Assembly: GCA_002419365.1 (NCBI GenBank)
Contig: DIGA01000060.1
Coordinates: 3,499 to 67,498, forward strand
Length of the DNA: 64,000 nucleotides
Reading direction: 5' to 3'
From: Mageeibacillus sp. UBA5734
GTDB taxonomy: Bacteria > Bacillota > Clostridia > Saccharofermentanales > UBA5734
How positions within the stretch are numbered: position 1 is the stretch's first letter; the number at the start of each line of letters is the position of its first letter. The notes under the pieces are model-generated. The model made no database searches. It saw only the letters and a program-made list of their open reading frames with translations, and was not told where the DNA came from. The position numbers were made by a program, and so were the translations under genes. Shown piece after piece: positions 42,218 to 53,312 of the stretch.

Positions 42218-43939
42218 TCAGTCCATGCCGGGCATGATCAGGTCGTTGGGCATGCGGCCGGCCGGGATCATCGGATAGACGTTTTCACCGGTATCGATGA
42301 TGCAGTGGACGAGATAGGGGCCTTCGGTCGAGATACATTTCTCGATTTCGCGGGTAAGGCTGGCTTCATCGTTGGCGAAACCGCAGGGCAGATTGTAGGC
42401 TTTGGCGATCATGTTGAAATCGGGAGTGCCTTCCATGCCGGAATGGGAGAAACGCTTGTCAAAGAACAGATCCTGCCACTGGCGGACCATTCCGAGGCTG
42501 CCATTGTCCATGATGAAGATCTTGACTGGCAGCTGGAGGTTGGCCAGGACACCAAGCTCCTGGAAGGTCATCTGGAAGCCGCCGTCACCAACGAACAGGA
42601 TGGTCGGGCGGGAACGGTCGGCAAACGAGGCGCCGATCGCGGCTGGCAAGCCGAAGCCCATCGTGCCCAGCCCGCCGGATGTGATCCAGCTGCGCGGCGA
42701 TTCGACCGGGAAATGCTGGGTGGCGAACATCTGGTGCTGGCCGACATCGGTGACCACGATCGGATTGGTGCCCTTGTAGGCCTTGGCGACGCGATGGATC
42801 AGGTACTGCGGCAGCAGCGGATAGGTCGGCACATACATCTGCTCGACCAGCTCGTCGTAGCGCTTTTTCTTGGCCATCAGGCTGTCGATCCACTCCAGCC
42901 AGTCTTCGGAGAAGACTCCACAGGTGCGGTCGGCAGGATAATTAGCCGCCATGGTGCGGAAGAAATCAGCCGCATCGTCTTCTATCCCGATGTCGACCCG
43001 GACATTTTTGCCGATTTCGGCGTCGTCGATGTCGACATGGATGATCACACGCTTCTTGTCCTGGTTGTAAAGATCGGGATCACCGACGATCCGGTCGCTG
43101 AAGCGGCAGCCGACTGCGAGCAGCAAATCGCAGGTTCCGAGGGCGGTATTCGCCTGTGGTGTGCCATGCATGCCGATGTGGCCCAGGTATTTCGGATGAT
43201 CTGGCGCAACGGCACCTTTGCCCATCAGGGTGGTGGCGACTGGGATACCGAGGCAACGGATGAATTCCATCATATCCTGGACACCGCCATTGGAGATGAC
43301 ACAGCCGCCGCCGGCCAGGAGCAGCGGTTTTTTCGCTTTGGCCAACGCTGCATACACGTTGTCGGTCATGCCCTCGGTGCGGACCTTGGCCGGACGGTGG
43401 CGGATATAGGTGCTGGTCGAACGGCCCTCGGGAGCCGGATCGATCTGGAGCGCGAGAAGATCTTTGGGGACATTGACCAGGACCGGGCCGGGGCGGCCTT
43501 CGGTCGTCAGCTGCCAGGCCTCTTCCAGGATCGGCAGCAGGTCATTGGGGTCCATGACGAGATAATTGTATTTGGTGATCGGCTGGGTGATGCCGGTGAT
43601 ATCTGCTTCCTGGAAGGCATCGGTACCGGTGGATTTGCGGGCAACTGCGCCAGTGATGGCCAGGATCGGTACCGAGTCGAGCATCGCGTCGGCCAGGCCC
43701 GTGACCAGATTGGTCGCGCCAGGGCCTGAGGTGGCGATGACGACACCGGGAATGCCGGTGACCTTGGCAAAGCCTTCAGCCGCATGGATCGCACCTTGTT
43801 CGTGGCGGACCTGGACATGGGGGAACCCGGCATTGTAGATGGCATCATAGAGCACGAGCACGGGACCACCCGGATAGCCGAAGGCGTGATGGACGCCCTT
43901 GTCGAGCAGGAATTTGACGATCAGATCTGCTCCATTCAT
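42218..43939 (-). CDS. ilvB: Acetolactate synthase large (catalytic) subunit
   Basis: 573 aa. ThDP-enzyme N-terminus [23 protein letters not shown] and ThDP motif GDGGFQM...NN. ATGA overlap with ilvD. Confidence 0.9.
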   Translation of the reverse strand: MNGADLIVKFLLDKGVHHAFGYPGGPVLVLYDAIYNAGFPHVQVRHEQGAIHAAEGFAKVTGIPGVVIATSGPGATNLVTGLADAMLDSVPILAITGAVARKSTGTDAFQEADITGITQPITKYNYLVMDPNDLLPILEEAWQLTTEGRPGPVLVNVPKDLLALQIDPAPEGRSTSTYIRHRPAKVRTEGMTDNVYAALAKAKKPLLLAGGGCVISNGGVQDMMEFIRCLGIPVATTLMGKGAVAPDHPKYLGHIGMHGTPQANTALGTCDLLLAVGCRFSDRIVGDPDLYNQDKKRVIIHVDIDDAEIGKNVRVDIGIEDDAADFFRTMAANYPADRTCGVFSEDWLEWIDSLMAKKKRYDELVEQMYVPTYPLLPQYLIHRVAKAYKGTNPIVVTDVGQHQMFATQHFPVESPRSWITSGGLGTMGFGLPAAIGASFADRSRPTILFVGDGGFQMTFQELGVLANLQLPVKIFIMDNGSLGMVRQWQDLFFDKRFSHSGMEGTPDFNMIAKAYNLPCGFANDEASLTREIEKCISTEGPYLVHCIIDTGENVYPMIPAGRMPNDLIMPGMD

Positions 43940-45618
43940 GATTCATCCTCCTTGCCATTACGGCGCAGGCGGGCACCCACGCTGCTGGCGATCACTTGGG
44001 ACTGGTAGCGGTTCAGGACACCACGCAAGTTGCGGTCGGGCTGGGTCGCCGGCTGACGCTGGGCCAATTCATGCTCGGACACAAGCAATTCGATCGTGCG
44101 CGCCGGGATATCGATCCGGATCCGGTCGCCTTCCTGGACATAGGCAATCAGACCACCAACGGCTGCTTCCGGACAGACATGCCCGATCGAGGCACCGCGC
44201 GAGGCGCCGGAGAAACGGCCGTCTGTGATCAGGGCCACGCTGTTGTCCAGGCCCATGCCGGCCAGTGCACTGGTGGGCGTGAGCATTTCGCGCATGCCCG
44301 GGCCGCCCTTGGGGCCTTCGAAACGGACGACGATGACATCGCCAGGATTGATCTGGCCGCCAAAAATCGCTTCGGCCACTTCTTCCTCACTGTCAAAAAC
44401 GCGGGCCGGACCCTCGTGTTGCATCATTTCCGGCAGGACGGCGCCTTTCTTGACGACACAACCATTCTGGGCCAGATTGCCCTTCAAAACAGCCAGGCCA
44501 CCATCGGCTGAATAAGGATTGTCGATCCGGCGGATGATGATGCCATCGGCACCAAAGGATCCGGTCAGGCGGTCCTGGAGCGGACCGCTGACGGTCAGGG
44601 CGTCGAGTTCGATGTGGTTGCCCTTGGCCAGCTCGGTCATGACAGCGCGCAGGCCGCCCTTTTCATTGAGGTCGGAAATATAGTGGTCACTGGCGGGATT
44701 GAGCTTGCACAGCTGCGGCGTCGCGCTGCTGATCTGGTTGATCTCGTCCAGGGTCAGGTTGTAGCCAGCTTCGCGGGAGATCGCCAGCATGTGCAGGACT
44801 GAGTTGGTCGAACCGCCGAGTGCCATGTCCATGCGCAGGGCATTGCGCAAGGCAGCCGGGGTCATGATGTCGAGTGCCGTCACACCGGCCTCGTAGAGGT
44901 CCATGATCTTTTCACCGGACATTTTGGCCAGGCGGATGCGGTCCGAGTAAACAGCCGGGATTGTGCCATTGCCGGGCAAGGCCAGGCCCATGGCTTCCGT
45001 CAGGCAGGCCATGGTATTGGCGGTATACATGCCAGAACAGCTGCCGCAGGTTGGACAGGCGGACATTTCCATCGCCGTCAGCTGGGCATCGTTGATCTTG
45101 CCCGCAGCATGGGCACCAACGGCTTCGAAGACATTGCCAAGGCCAACACGATCATGGCTGACTTTGCCGGGCAGCATCGGTCCGCCGGTGATGAAAATGC
45201 TCGGGACATTGAGCCGGGCAGCTGCCATCAGCATGCCAGGGATGACCTTGTCGCAGCTGGGGATGAAAACAACCGCATCAAACTGGTGTGCCATCATCAT
45301 GATCTCAATGCTGTCGGCAATCACATCGCGGCTGATCAGGGAATATTTCATTCCGGCATGGTTCATGGCGATGCCGTCACAGACCGCGATCGCCGGGAAT
45401 TCGAACGGGACCCCACCAGCATTGCGGATGCCAGCCTTGACAGCATCGGTCAAAGTCCGCAGGTGGATATGGCCGGGGACAATTTCATTGAACGAATTGA
45501 CGACGCCGATGAACGGCTTTTTCATTTCACTTTCAGACAGGCCGAGGGCATAGAGCAGGGACCTGTGGGAGGCACGGCCAGGGCCTTTCTTGATCGCATC
45601 ACTGCGCATAGGATTCAC
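43936..45618 (-). CDS. ilvD: Dihydroxy-acid dehydratase
   Basis: 560 aa with [15 protein letters not shown] and the Fe-S Cys ligands typical of IlvD. Confidence 0.92.
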   Translation of the reverse strand: MNPMRSDAIKKGPGRASHRSLLYALGLSESEMKKPFIGVVNSFNEIVPGHIHLRTLTDAVKAGIRNAGGVPFEFPAIAVCDGIAMNHAGMKYSLISRDVIADSIEIMMMAHQFDAVVFIPSCDKVIPGMLMAAARLNVPSIFITGGPMLPGKVSHDRVGLGNVFEAVGAHAAGKINDAQLTAMEMSACPTCGSCSGMYTANTMACLTEAMGLALPGNGTIPAVYSDRIRLAKMSGEKIMDLYEAGVTALDIMTPAALRNALRMDMALGGSTNSVLHMLAISREAGYNLTLDEINQISSATPQLCKLNPASDHYISDLNEKGGLRAVMTELAKGNHIELDALTVSGPLQDRLTGSFGADGIIIRRIDNPYSADGGLAVLKGNLAQNGCVVKKGAVLPEMMQHEGPARVFDSEEEVAEAIFGGQINPGDVIVVRFEGPKGGPGMREMLTPTSALAGMGLDNSVALITDGRFSGASRGASIGHVCPEAAVGGLIAYVQEGDRIRIDIPARTIELLVSEHELAQRQPATQPDRNLRGVLNRYQSQVIASSVGARLRRNGKEDES

Positions 45619-45726
45619 CTTCTTTGTTATTAAGATTGATTCATTATAGCATAGCTGACCGGATGGCTTGCCGCCCGGTCAGCTGGTGGAAAAGCTTCTG
45701 CAAGATGGGGCACAAATGCCAGTAAC

Positions 45727-46827
45727 TCAGGCGTTCGCGACCGCTTCGACGACCAGTCGGGTCATTTCGCGTGTGCCGACGCGCTTCTCAGTCGAGTTGC
45801 TGCCGACATTCTGGACGATGTCACCCGTGCGATAGCCGTCGGCCAGGACCTTGGCGACAGCGGCTTCAACAGCGTCTGCCTCCGCGATCAGGCCGAGCGA
45901 ACTGCGCAGCATCATGGCAGCGGAGAGAATCGTAGCCAGCGGGTTAGCCTTGTCTTGGCCGGCAATATCCGGGGCAGAGCCGTGGACAGGCTCATACATG
46001 CCGGGTGTACCGGGCTTGCCCAGGGAGGCCGAGGCAAGCATGCCGATCGAGCCAGTGATCATGGCTGCTTCGTCGGAGAGGATGTCACCGAACATGTTGG
46101 TCGTCACGATGACGTCGAAGTCCGATGGGCGCTTGATCAGCTGCATGGTCGCGTTGTCGACGTAGAGGTGGTCGAGCGTGACTTCCGGGTAATCCTGGCT
46201 GACCCGGATCACGGTCTCGCGCCAGAGGCGGGAGCTCTCGAGGACATTGGCCTTGTCCACACTGGTCAGACGCTTGTTTCGCAGCATGGCCTGTTCAAAA
46301 CCGACACGGGCGATGCGCTCGACTTCCATGACGCTGTAGGCCTCGGTGTCATAGGCCTCTGGTCCGTTAGGTCCTTCGCGGCGGCCACGGTCACCAAAGT
46401 ACATGCCGCCCGTCAATTCACGGACGATCATGACATCGATCCCGGCGGCAGCTGTCTCCGGATGGAGCGGGCAGGCAGCAGCCAAGGCTGGATAGAGGAC
46501 GGCCGGGCGCAGGTTGGCGTAGAGGCCGAGCTCGGCACGCAGTCCCAAAAGTGCGCGTTCAGGTCGTTTGTCACCCGGAAGCGTATCCCACTGCGGTCCG
46601 CCCACTGCTCCTAAAAGGACGGCGTCACTTTTCCTGGCGGCGGCGACGGTAGCAGCCGGCAGAGGCTCGCCCGTAGCATCGATCGCGATCCCGCCAGCAA
46701 GCAATTCGGTGTAGGCGAACTCATGGCCGAAACGGCCGGCAATGACGTCGAGGACTTGACGGGTGCCATTGACGACTTCAGGACCGATGCCGTCGCCGGG
46801 AATGACTGCAATTTGAAACTTTGCCAT
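45727..46827 (-). CDS. leuB: 3-isopropylmalate dehydrogenase
   Basis: 366 aa with [13 protein letters not shown] and [21 protein letters not shown] motifs. Confidence 0.9.
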   Translation of the reverse strand: MAKFQIAVIPGDGIGPEVVNGTRQVLDVIAGRFGHEFAYTELLAGGIAIDATGEPLPAATVAAARKSDAVLLGAVGGPQWDTLPGDKRPERALLGLRAELGLYANLRPAVLYPALAAACPLHPETAAAGIDVMIVRELTGGMYFGDRGRREGPNGPEAYDTEAYSVMEVERIARVGFEQAMLRNKRLTSVDKANVLESSRLWRETVIRVSQDYPEVTLDHLYVDNATMQLIKRPSDFDVIVTTNMFGDILSDEAAMITGSIGMLASASLGKPGTPGMYEPVHGSAPDIAGQDKANPLATILSAAMMLRSSLGLIAEADAVEAAVAKVLADGYRTGDIVQNVGSNSTEKRVGTREMTRLVVEAVANA

Positions 46828-46885
46828 AGAAATAGTCTCCTTGAATGTCTGGTCTGGTGATTGGGATCATCTGGAAGTTGAGTAT

Positions 46886-48472
46886 TTAGTTCAGGCCAAG
46901 CTGCTGGCACATGAGTTTGTATTCGAGCGAATCAACCAGGGCCAGCCAGGAGGCTTCGAGGATGTCGGTCGAAACGCCGATCGTATGCCAGGTGCGGATG
47001 CCGTCGGTGGATTCGATCAGGGTGCGTACCGTCGAAGCAGTGGCTTCCTGGTTCAGCACACGGACCTTGAAGTCAGTCAGCCGGACCTGGGTCAGCTCAG
47101 GGTAAAAGACCTCCATCGCCTTTTTCAGGGCACGGTCCATCGCATTGACTGGGCCTTCGCCTTCGGCAGCTGTGACTTCCTCGACACCATCGACGAGGAT
47201 CTTGATGTAGGTAAAGGCACTGTACGCACCCATCTGGGGCTGCTCGATCGTAATCCGCAATTTCTCCAGGGTGAAGAAGGGCTGGTACAGGCCCAGCTCC
47301 TTGCAGACCAGAAGCTCCTGTGACGCTTCGGCACCCTCGAAATGGTAACCCTGGTGCTCAAGCTCCTTCATCGTGTGCAGGACACGGGCCACTTCCGGAG
47401 CATCGCGGCTGATGTCCGGCTTGATCCGGCGGATGATATCCAGGACAGCCGACCGGCCGCTGATTTCCGAAAGCAGGAAACGGCGGGCATTGCCGACTGA
47501 CGTCGGCTCGATGTGCTCGAACGTCTTGGGGTTCTTTTTGACGCCATCGACATGCATGCCGGCCTTGTGTGAAAAGGCCGAACTGCCGACATACGGTTCG
47601 CCGTTGGGCAGCTGGATATTGGTAATCTCGGCAATCGTCCGGGCGACTGGGGTGAGCAACTCCATCCGGTCCTGCGGGATACAAGGGTGGCCGTATTTGA
47701 TCTGGAGATTGGGGATGATGGTCGACAGGTTGGCGTTGCCGCAGCGCTCGCCAATGCCATTGAACGTCCCCTGGACATGGGTCGCGCCCGCAAGGACGGC
47801 AGCCTGGGAATTGGCCACGGCCATGCCGCTGTCGTTGTGACAGTGGATGCCGATCTGGATGCCCGGCAAGGCCTTGACCACGGCCGCGGTGACAGCACTG
47901 ACCTCGTCCGGCATGGTCGCACCGTTCGTGTCGCAGAGTACGGCACAGAGGGCGCCGCCCTCCTGGGCCGCTTTCAGGCAATTCACTGCATAGTCCGGGT
48001 TGGCCCGGTAAGCTTCAAAGAAATGCTCAGCGTCGAAAATGACATCACGGCCCTGCGAGCGCAAGTACTCCGTCGTCTCACGGATCAGGGCCATGTTCTC
48101 CTCATTGGTGCAGCGCAGGATGTCGCGCACTTCGAGGTCCCAGGTCTTGCCAAAGATCACAATGGTGCTGGTCTGGGCTGACAGAAGGTCGGCCAGGCCG
48201 GTGTCTTCCTCAGGCTTGATGCCCTTGCGCTTGGTCGGGCCGAAGGCGACCAGTTCCGTCTGGTCCATCACCGGCCGCTTTTCATTGAATTTGGTGAAGA
48301 ATTCGCGATCCTTCGGGTTGGAGCCGGGGTTGCCGGCTTCGATGTAGCGGACACCGATGGTCACGAGATTGTCGAGAATCTGGAACTTGTCATTGACAGA
48401 AAATGAGACACCCTCCATCTGGGCGCCATCGCGCAGGGTCGTGTCAAGAATTTCAACAACGGGTTTTGCCAA
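46886..48472 (-). CDS. cimA: (R)-citramalate synthase / 2-isopropylmalate synthase family (CimA-like)
   Basis: ILDTTLRDGAQ HMGL-like N-terminus, HCHND motif and a C-terminal LeuA-dimer regulatory domain. The TTG start at 48472 is preceded by AAGGAGGAG. The longer ORF to 48604 has no RBS. Confidence 0.8.
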   Translation of the reverse strand: MAKPVVEILDTTLRDGAQMEGVSFSVNDKFQILDNLVTIGVRYIEAGNPGSNPKDREFFTKFNEKRPVMDQTELVAFGPTKRKGIKPEEDTGLADLLSAQTSTIVIFGKTWDLEVRDILRCTNEENMALIRETTEYLRSQGRDVIFDAEHFFEAYRANPDYAVNCLKAAQEGGALCAVLCDTNGATMPDEVSAVTAAVVKALPGIQIGIHCHNDSGMAVANSQAAVLAGATHVQGTFNGIGERCGNANLSTIIPNLQIKYGHPCIPQDRMELLTPVARTIAEITNIQLPNGEPYVGSSAFSHKAGMHVDGVKKNPKTFEHIEPTSVGNARRFLLSEISGRSAVLDIIRRIKPDISRDAPEVARVLHTMKELEHQGYHFEGAEASQELLVCKELGLYQPFFTLEKLRITIEQPQMGAYSAFTYIKILVDGVEEVTAAEGEGPVNAMDRALKKAMEVFYPELTQVRLTDFKVRVLNQEATASTVRTLIESTDGIRTWHTIGVSTDILEASWLALVDSLEYKLMCQQLGLN

Positions 48473-48641
48473 AGATCTCTCCTCCTTTTCCAGGCATCTG
48501 GTCCAGGCCGGGAAAAGTCCGGCCCAGACAAGGTGTCGCAAGGTTATTCCAGCATACCCTTTGCCCGGACAGCGGGCAAGTTTTCCTCGGCCCTTTTTCT
48601 TCACGCTTTCTGCCGAAAACTGGTCCTGGGACTTCTGAATA

Positions 48642-48650
48642 TGCTATACT
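48642..48650 (+). promoter_or_regulatory. Extended -10 element (TGcTATACT) upstream of the ABC-F gene
   Basis: Read directly, 39 nt upstream of the ATG at 48689. Confidence 0.4.
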
Positions 48651-48688
48651 GGCGGCGCATTCGAGCATGGGGAGAAACTGAAGCGTCC

Positions 48689-50614
48689 ATGAGCCTTCTA
48701 TCGCTGCAATCCGTGGAAAAATCGTATTTCGGCCGCACAGTCCTGGCCGGTGTTTCGCTGCGGATTGACCGCGGAGACCGCCTGGCCCTGATTGGTGAAA
48801 ACGGCGCTGGCAAGACCACCTTGTTGCGCCTGGTCACGGGCCAGGAAAAACCCGATGCCGGCCAGGTCGTAAAGCCCGCAACCGTTGTGGTCGGCTACTT
48901 GAGCCAGCATGTCGAAGAGATCTGCGATCTGGAGAGCCACCCGCTGGCCAACCAGGAACTGACCGCCCTTGAGGATGAAATGCGCCATCTCGAACACGAA
49001 ATGGCCAGTGCCCCTGGCGATCACCGCCTGATGGCGCGCTACGCTGAGTGCACGGCCCGATTCGAAGCCCTGGAAGGTTATGATTTCCCGCGCCGCATGC
49101 AGGAAGCGCTCGACGGTCTGGGCCTGTCCGGCGAAGCCCTGGCCCGCCCGATGTCCACGCTCTCCGGCGGCGAGCGAATGCGTGTTGCCCTGGCCCGGAT
49201 CCTCCTGATGTCGCCAGATGTCCTGCTGCTGGACGAGCCGACCAACCATCTCGACGCCACTGCCCAGGAATGGCTGGAAAGCTATCTGAAAAGCTTCAAG
49301 GGTGCGGTGCTGCTCGTTTCCCATGACCGCGCTTTCATCGACCAGGTCGCCAATGAAGTGGCCGAACTGTCGCTTGGCCAACTCACCCTGCGGCCGGGTA
49401 ACTACACCGCCTACAAGGAAATCCAGGCCAGCGAGCTGCTGACCTTGTCCCGCACGATCCGGCAGATGGAAAAAGAACTCGCCCATCAGGAAGCGGTCAC
49501 CCAGACCATGCTGTCCCACCGCAAAATGGCCAGCTACCATGCGCGGGAAAAGGTGGTCGCCAAGCTTTCGTCGCAGCTGACCGAGATCCGCGATCGGGCC
49601 CGTCAGCACCAGACGCAGCTCAAGTTCAATTTCCTGCCGGTCCAGAACACGGGCGATCCGGACAAACAACTCCTCCTGGCCAGCGACCTGGAAATCCGCT
49701 TCCAGGAACGGGTCTTGTTTTCCAGTGTCAGTTTTGAAATCCGCGGCCGCGACAAGCTCTGTGTCTGCGGTCCGAACGGCTGCGGCAAGTCGACCCTGCT
49801 GGCGCTGCTTCTGGGTAAGATCCCGCAAAGCAACGGGGCCCTGCGCCTCTCGGAAAAAGCTGTTTTCGGCCACATGGGTCAGCATGTCGAATTTCTCGAT
49901 GAACAAGCCTCGGTGCTGGATGAGCTTCTGTCCCGCTTTGCCCTTGACGAAGCAGGGGCCCGCAACTTACTGGCGCGCTATGGCTTCAGGGATGTCGACG
50001 TTTTCAAGTCGATTTCCGTCCTGTCCGGTGGCGAACGGGCCCGGCTCTACCTGTGCTGCCTGCTCCTCGAACAGCCGGATCTGCTGCTTTTGGACGAACC
50101 GACCAACCATCTCGATATCCATTCCCGCGAGATTCTGGAACAGGCGTTGCTCGAATTCCCCGGCGCGATTTTTGCGGTCAGTCATGATCGTTATTTCATC
50201 GACAAAATCGCCCGCCGGGTCCTGGGTTTTGTCGGCCACCAGGTCCAGTCCTTCGACACCTATGCCGAATACCGGAGCAAGGCCCGCCAGGCAGAGGCAG
50301 CCTTCGTCGCGAGTGGCAAAGCCCAGAAAGAGCTGGAAGCCCGGGCAGCTCGCAACCAGGAAGCCGAATCAGCCAGCGGGCGGGTGCAGAGCTTGAACAA
50401 AGCCCAGGAACGGCGCGAAAATGCCCGGCGCAAAGAACAGCTTCGCCAGGCGGAAAAGCGCATTGAACAGCTCGAACAGGAACGGTCGGAACTCGAGGCA
50501 TTGTTCTCCGGTGCAGCAACGCCGTCCGATTACGAACGCTATGCCATTGTCCTGCAGGAAATTGACGACACCTATGCTCTCTATCTGGAACTGGCCGAGG
50601 ACCAGGGCACGTAG
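48689..50614 (+). CDS. ABC-F family ATPase (two ABC domains, inter-domain linker, C-terminal coiled coil)
   Basis: Two Walker A sites (GENGAGKTT, GPNGCGKST), two signatures (LSGGERMR, LSGGERAR), no TM segments, and an Arg/Glu-rich C-terminal helix. Confidence 0.85.
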   Translation: MSLLSLQSVEKSYFGRTVLAGVSLRIDRGDRLALIGENGAGKTTLLRLVTGQEKPDAGQVVKPATVVVGYLSQHVEEICDLESHPLANQELTALEDEMRHLEHEMASAPGDHRLMARYAECTARFEALEGYDFPRRMQEALDGLGLSGEALARPMSTLSGGERMRVALARILLMSPDVLLLDEPTNHLDATAQEWLESYLKSFKGAVLLVSHDRAFIDQVANEVAELSLGQLTLRPGNYTAYKEIQASELLTLSRTIRQMEKELAHQEAVTQTMLSHRKMASYHAREKVVAKLSSQLTEIRDRARQHQTQLKFNFLPVQNTGDPDKQLLLASDLEIRFQERVLFSSVSFEIRGRDKLCVCGPNGCGKSTLLALLLGKIPQSNGALRLSEKAVFGHMGQHVEFLDEQASVLDELLSRFALDEAGARNLLARYGFRDVDVFKSISVLSGGERARLYLCCLLLEQPDLLLLDEPTNHLDIHSREILEQALLEFPGAIFAVSHDRYFIDKIARRVLGFVGHQVQSFDTYAEYRSKARQAEAAFVASGKAQKELEARAARNQEAESASGRVQSLNKAQERRENARRKEQLRQAEKRIEQLEQERSELEALFSGAATPSDYERYAIVLQEIDDTYALYLELAEDQGT

Positions 50615-50615
50615 A

Positions 50616-51512
50616 CTAGGGCACGATCAGGCGCAAAGCCTGATGCTTGACCGTCAGTTCCACCGGCAGTTCACCGCCCCATTCACCATCGAGGTCGATG
50701 GAGAGAGTTTCTGTATGACCTGTCATGATTTTCAGCGATGATGCCTGGAAATAATCGATTTTTGGGTGGTTGACATGGACACCGTTGACCATCTGGACCA
50801 GAAGCGGGAATAATTCCAAAAGATTTTGCGGTTTGACCAGCACCACATCCAGCAGGCCATCGGTCACAGAAGCCTGGGGGGCAAGGTTGCGGAAACCACC
50901 GACGCTGCTGGTATTGGAAACAATAAAGAGCAAGATCTCCTCATCGATGACCCGGTCGGGTGTCTCGATATGGACCGGAATCGGGCGCAGAGCCTGGGAG
51001 GAAAGATCCCTGGCCCCCTCAATGACATAGGCCAGCGTGCCAAGGACCGTCTTGGCATCCGATGGGACTTTGTAGGCCACATCGGTCAGCAAGCCACCCG
51101 CGGCCACATTGACAAAATAGCGGTCATTGGCCTGGCCGACATCGATCAGGCGTGTCTTGCCCTGGCGGATCATTTTGGCCACGGCACTGTCTGAGCGGGG
51201 CAACTTCATGGCATAGGCGAAATCATTGACCGTTCCGGCGGCCAGGATGGCCAGCGGAGTCTGGTGCTTGCCGTCGAGCAGGCCGCTGACAACCTCATTT
51301 ACGGTGCCGTCACCGCCAACAACCAGAATCAGGTCAAATTGCCAGTCCTGGTAATAGCGGGCCGCAATATAGGCATCCCGTGGACCAACCGTGCGGACGA
51401 CATCGACATCACTGAAAGTGCCATCGGCAAGCAGCGTCTCGGTCAGGCGCTCGGCCTTTTTCTGCAAAGTCTGTCGGCCGGATGAGGGATTGATGATGAC
51501 ACGTGCGCGCAT
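50616..51512 (-). CDS. Diacylglycerol-kinase-family lipid kinase (YegS/DagK/BmrU-like)
   Basis: 298 aa with the VIINPSSG N-terminus and the VVGGDGTVNEV catalytic motif. Confidence 0.85.
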   Translation of the reverse strand: MRARVIINPSSGRQTLQKKAERLTETLLADGTFSDVDVVRTVGPRDAYIAARYYQDWQFDLILVVGGDGTVNEVVSGLLDGKHQTPLAILAAGTVNDFAYAMKLPRSDSAVAKMIRQGKTRLIDVGQANDRYFVNVAAGGLLTDVAYKVPSDAKTVLGTLAYVIEGARDLSSQALRPIPVHIETPDRVIDEEILLFIVSNTSSVGGFRNLAPQASVTDGLLDVVLVKPQNLLELFPLLVQMVNGVHVNHPKIDYFQASSLKIMTGHTETLSIDLDGEWGGELPVELTVKHQALRLIVP

Positions 51513-51545
51513 GGCAGACTCCTGGCTGTTTTTGATAGTAGATTT

Positions 51546-51554
51546 ATTATACCA
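51546..51554 (-). promoter_or_regulatory. Extended -10 element (TGgTATAAT, minus strand) upstream of the DagK-like gene
   Basis: Reverse complement of ATTATACCA. It follows the terminator at 51574-51602. Confidence 0.45.
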
Positions 51555-51567
51555 TGCCTGGCCGCTT

Positions 51568-51602
51568 AAGAAAGGCAGCCTTGCGTCTTACGCAAGGCTG
51601 CC
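51568..51602 (-). terminator. Terminator hairpin that embeds the stop codon of the COG2509-like gene
   Basis: Minus strand reads GGCAGCCUUGCGU aag ACGCAAGGCUGCC followed by UUUCUU. Confidence 0.6.
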
Positions 51603-53312
51603 CCGGGCTTTGAGCAGGGCTTCGGCGCAGCGCAGGCCATCGACGGCAGCTGACATGATCCCACCGGCATAACCAGCGCCTTCCCCGCAGGGGTAGAGGC
51701 CTTGGCAGCAGCTCTGTAAAGTGGTCTCCTCGCGCAGAATCCGGACCGGAGCCGAACTGCGTGTTTCCACACCGGTCAGGATCGCCTCGGGGGCGGCAAA
51801 ACCAGATAGTTTCTGGTCAAAGAGTGGCAGGGCCTCGCGCAGGGCCTGGGTGGCGAAGCCTGGCAAGCACAGGGCCAGGTCGGTCCAGGTCACACCCGGT
51901 GTGTAACTGGGCAGGACTCCGGCCGGACCTGCCGAAGGCTGGCCAACCAGAAAATCACCCACCCGCTGAGCCGGGGCCCGGTAATTCCTGCCCACGAGGT
52001 CATAAGCGAGCTGCTCCATCTGGCGTTGGAGACTGATGCCACCCAAGGGTCCCGGCTCAGGGAAGTCCTCCGGCCGGACCTCGACCAGCAAGGCACTGTT
52101 GGCATTGACCTGGTCCCTGGCGTGGAGGCTCATGCCATTGGTGACAATCCCACCTGGTTCGGATGCCGAAGCTACCACCTGACCGCCCGGGCACATGCAG
52201 AATGTGTAGACCGAACGTCCCGAAGGCAAGTGGACTGCCAGCTTGTATTCGGCCGGTGGTAAATCAGGGTGGCCGGCCTGAGGCCCATACTGGCCCTGAT
52301 TGATCTTATGCTGCAAATGTTCGATCCGGACGCCCACCGAAAAAGGCTTGGCAGCGAGTGGAACCGGGGCATTTGCCAGCATCGTCACCGTGTCGCGGGC
52401 GCTGTGTCCGATGGCCAGGATCACCTCTTTCACAGCCCAGGTTTCAGGCTGCCGGGTCCCATCCGCAGACTGGCGGCTGACGATGATTTTGTCCAGCTTG
52501 CCCGTGGGACCTGCTTCCTTGGGTACATCCGCAGGGTCGTCAGGGCAAGCCAGCCCGGCCGGCGAGCAAACCAGCTCATCCAGGCGGGTGCCAAAGTGGA
52601 AACTGCCTCCGAGTTGCTCGATGGTCTGGCGGATCTTGGTCACGACCCCGCAGAGCAGATCGGTGCCGACATGGGGTCTGGGCTCGATCAGGATACTGGC
52701 GGGAGCCCCAGCCAGGACCAGTTCTTCCAGGACCGCCTGGCAGCGCGGATCCTTGAGATTGGTGGTCAATTTGCCATCGGAAAAGGTCCCGGCGCCACCT
52801 TCACCAAACTGGACATTGTTTTCCGGATCGAGCGGACCACCGTCCCAGAACCGTTCAACCGCATCTTTGCGCTGTGCAATCGGCTGGCCGCGTTCGATGA
52901 CACGTGGTTTGAGGCCTGCTTGAGCCAGGGCCAGGGCTGCAAACAGCCCGGCCGGGCCGCTGCCGACAATCACCGGCCGCTCAGAATCTGGTAGATCCGG
53001 CCCGCAGGATCGCAGCTCGAAGGAGGACTTGAAGGCCGGAATAGACGCAAGTCCAGCTGGCTTGGGCGCTGTCTGGCCCCGGACAATCGTGTACTGGATC
53101 CGGATGTCGCCCTTGTGGCGGGCATCAATCGATTTACGTGCAATATGCCAGGCCCCCACCCGTGCCACAGGACAATGAAAAGCCCGGGCGATCGCCCGGA
53201 CCAGGTCTGCAGGCGAATGGCCGAGAGGCAGGCGTACCGAGCACGTTGCAGCGTCTGTCTGGTCCATCCTCTTGCCCGACGGACGGGCAGGTACTTCCCC
53301 CCGCCCGGTCAT
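51588..53312 (-). CDS. FAD-dependent protein (COG2509-like NAD(FAD)-utilising dehydrogenase)
   Basis: KSIDARHKGDIRIQYTIV N-terminal module, then Rossmann VIVGSGPAGLFAALAL. The ATG at 53312 overlaps the upstream stop (ATGA). The ATG at 53267 is an alternative. Confidence 0.7.
   Translation of the reverse strand: MTGRGEVPARPSGKRMDQTDAATCSVRLPLGHSPADLVRAIARAFHCPVARVGAWHIARKSIDARHKGDIRIQYTIVRGQTAPKPAGLASIPAFKSSFELRSCGPDLPDSERPVIVGSGPAGLFAALALAQAGLKPRVIERGQPIAQRKDAVERFWDGGPLDPENNVQFGEGGAGTFSDGKLTTNLKDPRCQAVLEELVLAGAPASILIEPRPHVGTDLLCGVVTKIRQTIEQLGGSFHFGTRLDELVCSPAGLACPDDPADVPKEAGPTGKLDKIIVSRQSADGTRQPETWAVKEVILAIGHSARDTVTMLANAPVPLAAKPFSVGVRIEHLQHKINQGQYGPQAGHPDLPPAEYKLAVHLPSGRSVYTFCMCPGGQVVASASEPGGIVTNGMSLHARDQVNANSALLVEVRPEDFPEPGPLGGISLQRQMEQLAYDLVGRNYRAPAQRVGDFLVGQPSAGPAGVLPSYTPGVTWTDLALCLPGFATQALREALPLFDQKLSGFAAPEAILTGVETRSSAPVRILREETTLQSCCQGLYPCGEGAGYAGGIMSAAVDGLRCAEALLKARGSLA

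Noticed and set aside
42305-43729. Long antisense ORFs opposite well-supported genes, including 42305-43729 vs ilvB, 24105-25382 vs the PBP, 48698-49906 vs ABC-F, 55998-57068 vs pepF, 62254-63261 vs the ABC ATPase, 27033-28019 vs the opu ATPase, 32234-33202 vs nqrD/E, 35769-36686, 9386-10201 and 14166-15038
   Set aside because: Open antisense frames are typical of high-GC DNA. Their translations are Arg/Gly/Asp/His-rich with no motifs, whereas the opposite strand carries canonical Walker, ThDP, HEXXH and similar signatures.
48473-48688. T-box or leader-peptide attenuator upstream of cimA
   Set aside because: There is no specifier-loop, AGAGA, AGTA or T-box (GGTGGTACCGCG-like) element, and no Leu/Ile/Val-rich mini-ORF. 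Only two short GC hairpins without U-tracts are present.
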